Below are positions 63,201-64,000 of a stretch of 64,000 bases of DNA, piece after piece. The notes under the pieces are model-generated. The model saw nothing but the letters and a program-made list of their open reading frames with translations, had not been told where the DNA came from and did no database searches. Positions within the stretch are counted from its first letter, which is position 1. Each line of letters opens with the position of its first letter. Origin of the DNA: Octopus vulgaris (lineage: Eukaryota); assembly GCA_951406725.2 (NCBI GenBank), contig OX597822.1, positions 91,574,001 through 91,638,000 on the forward strand, written 5' to 3'. Made by a program: the position numbers and the translations under genes.

Positions 63201-64000
63201 CTGTAATGAAAGGTAAACAAATGTTATACATTCATTTATTCTTTTGTGAAAGGAGGGTTCAATCAAACACTCTGTCAGCTGGTTCCTTGTTATTTTGAAA
63301 TTTTGAATTTTTATAATCTCATAATCTACTTAATGTTAGACAGTTGCTGACATAATAATGATATTAAAGTTATAGATATAATTCAAAAGTCAATCTGGGA
63401 CATGAATTCACTACATTTCAACTGAAAAATTGACATCCATTCTGTCACAGTTTATCAATAAAAATAATATAAAGGTCATGGCCACAGTAAAAAAGAAATG
63501 AAAAAAAAAAAGAATATTAGTTTATAACAACTGGTATTTAGTTTATGAACATGTATTAAAACAGTAACTTGATTGATGGTATTATGATTGTAAGATTTAC
63601 TTTATTGTTCTAACATCTCACAGGTATGAGAAAGAACTGTAAATAACTATCTCTTTTATAAATTGAGCTACCTTGTCTTTTCAGTATCCACTAATACAGC
63701 TTGTAAGTCAGATCAACCAGAGATCTGTTAGTCTACATCACCTAAAATCTCTTCTGCAACCAAACCAATGTGATTCTCCAGCCTCTCTTGTTCTCATTAT
63801 AATGAGCATCTTTTAACCCTCTGATGTATTCCCACTTGAATCATGTTTTAGTACACAGAAGAAACTGAATATTATTTACTTTAATTTCACTAGCTTAGGA
63901 CGTTTTACAGTGTCTATGGGTACTGCTATTTTCTCTATTGAAATATAAGGAATAAATAACATTACTGGGAACACAGTGGAGCATAGAATCTGTAGCAATT

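Overview
AT-rich, repeat-saturated animal genomic DNA. The SINE and RTE-LINE families point to an octopus or other coleoid cephalopod; this is recognised from family sequence, not from a search. The whole window appears to lie inside one minus-strand host gene. I reconstructed six phase-compatible coding exons by hand (63200-63037, 35730-35480, 34255-34134, 28384-28254, 26270-26195, 23954-23871; 828 nt). They encode the AIP3-type coiled-coil region of an SRCIN1/KIAA1217/CG32809-family protein, and there is a candidate 24-nt microexon at 46147-46124. The introns hold RTE LINEs (one young copy with a PHD finger inside the RT), two decayed Gypsy LTR elements, mariner/Tc1 fossils, Helitrons, hAT and piggyBac MITEs, tRNA-derived SINEs, Penelope-like remnants with hammerhead motifs, and many microsatellites. 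No prokaryotic-type system (CRISPR, operon) is present. Most of the supplied ORFs are microsatellite or TE artefacts. The most unusual structures are a ~1 kb fold-back transposon carrying a telomere-like TTAGGG array, a 63-bp x10 array made of Helitron helicase sequence, Penelope-type fold-backs with hammerheads, and the microexon candidate. TE boundaries without a stated TSD are approximate.
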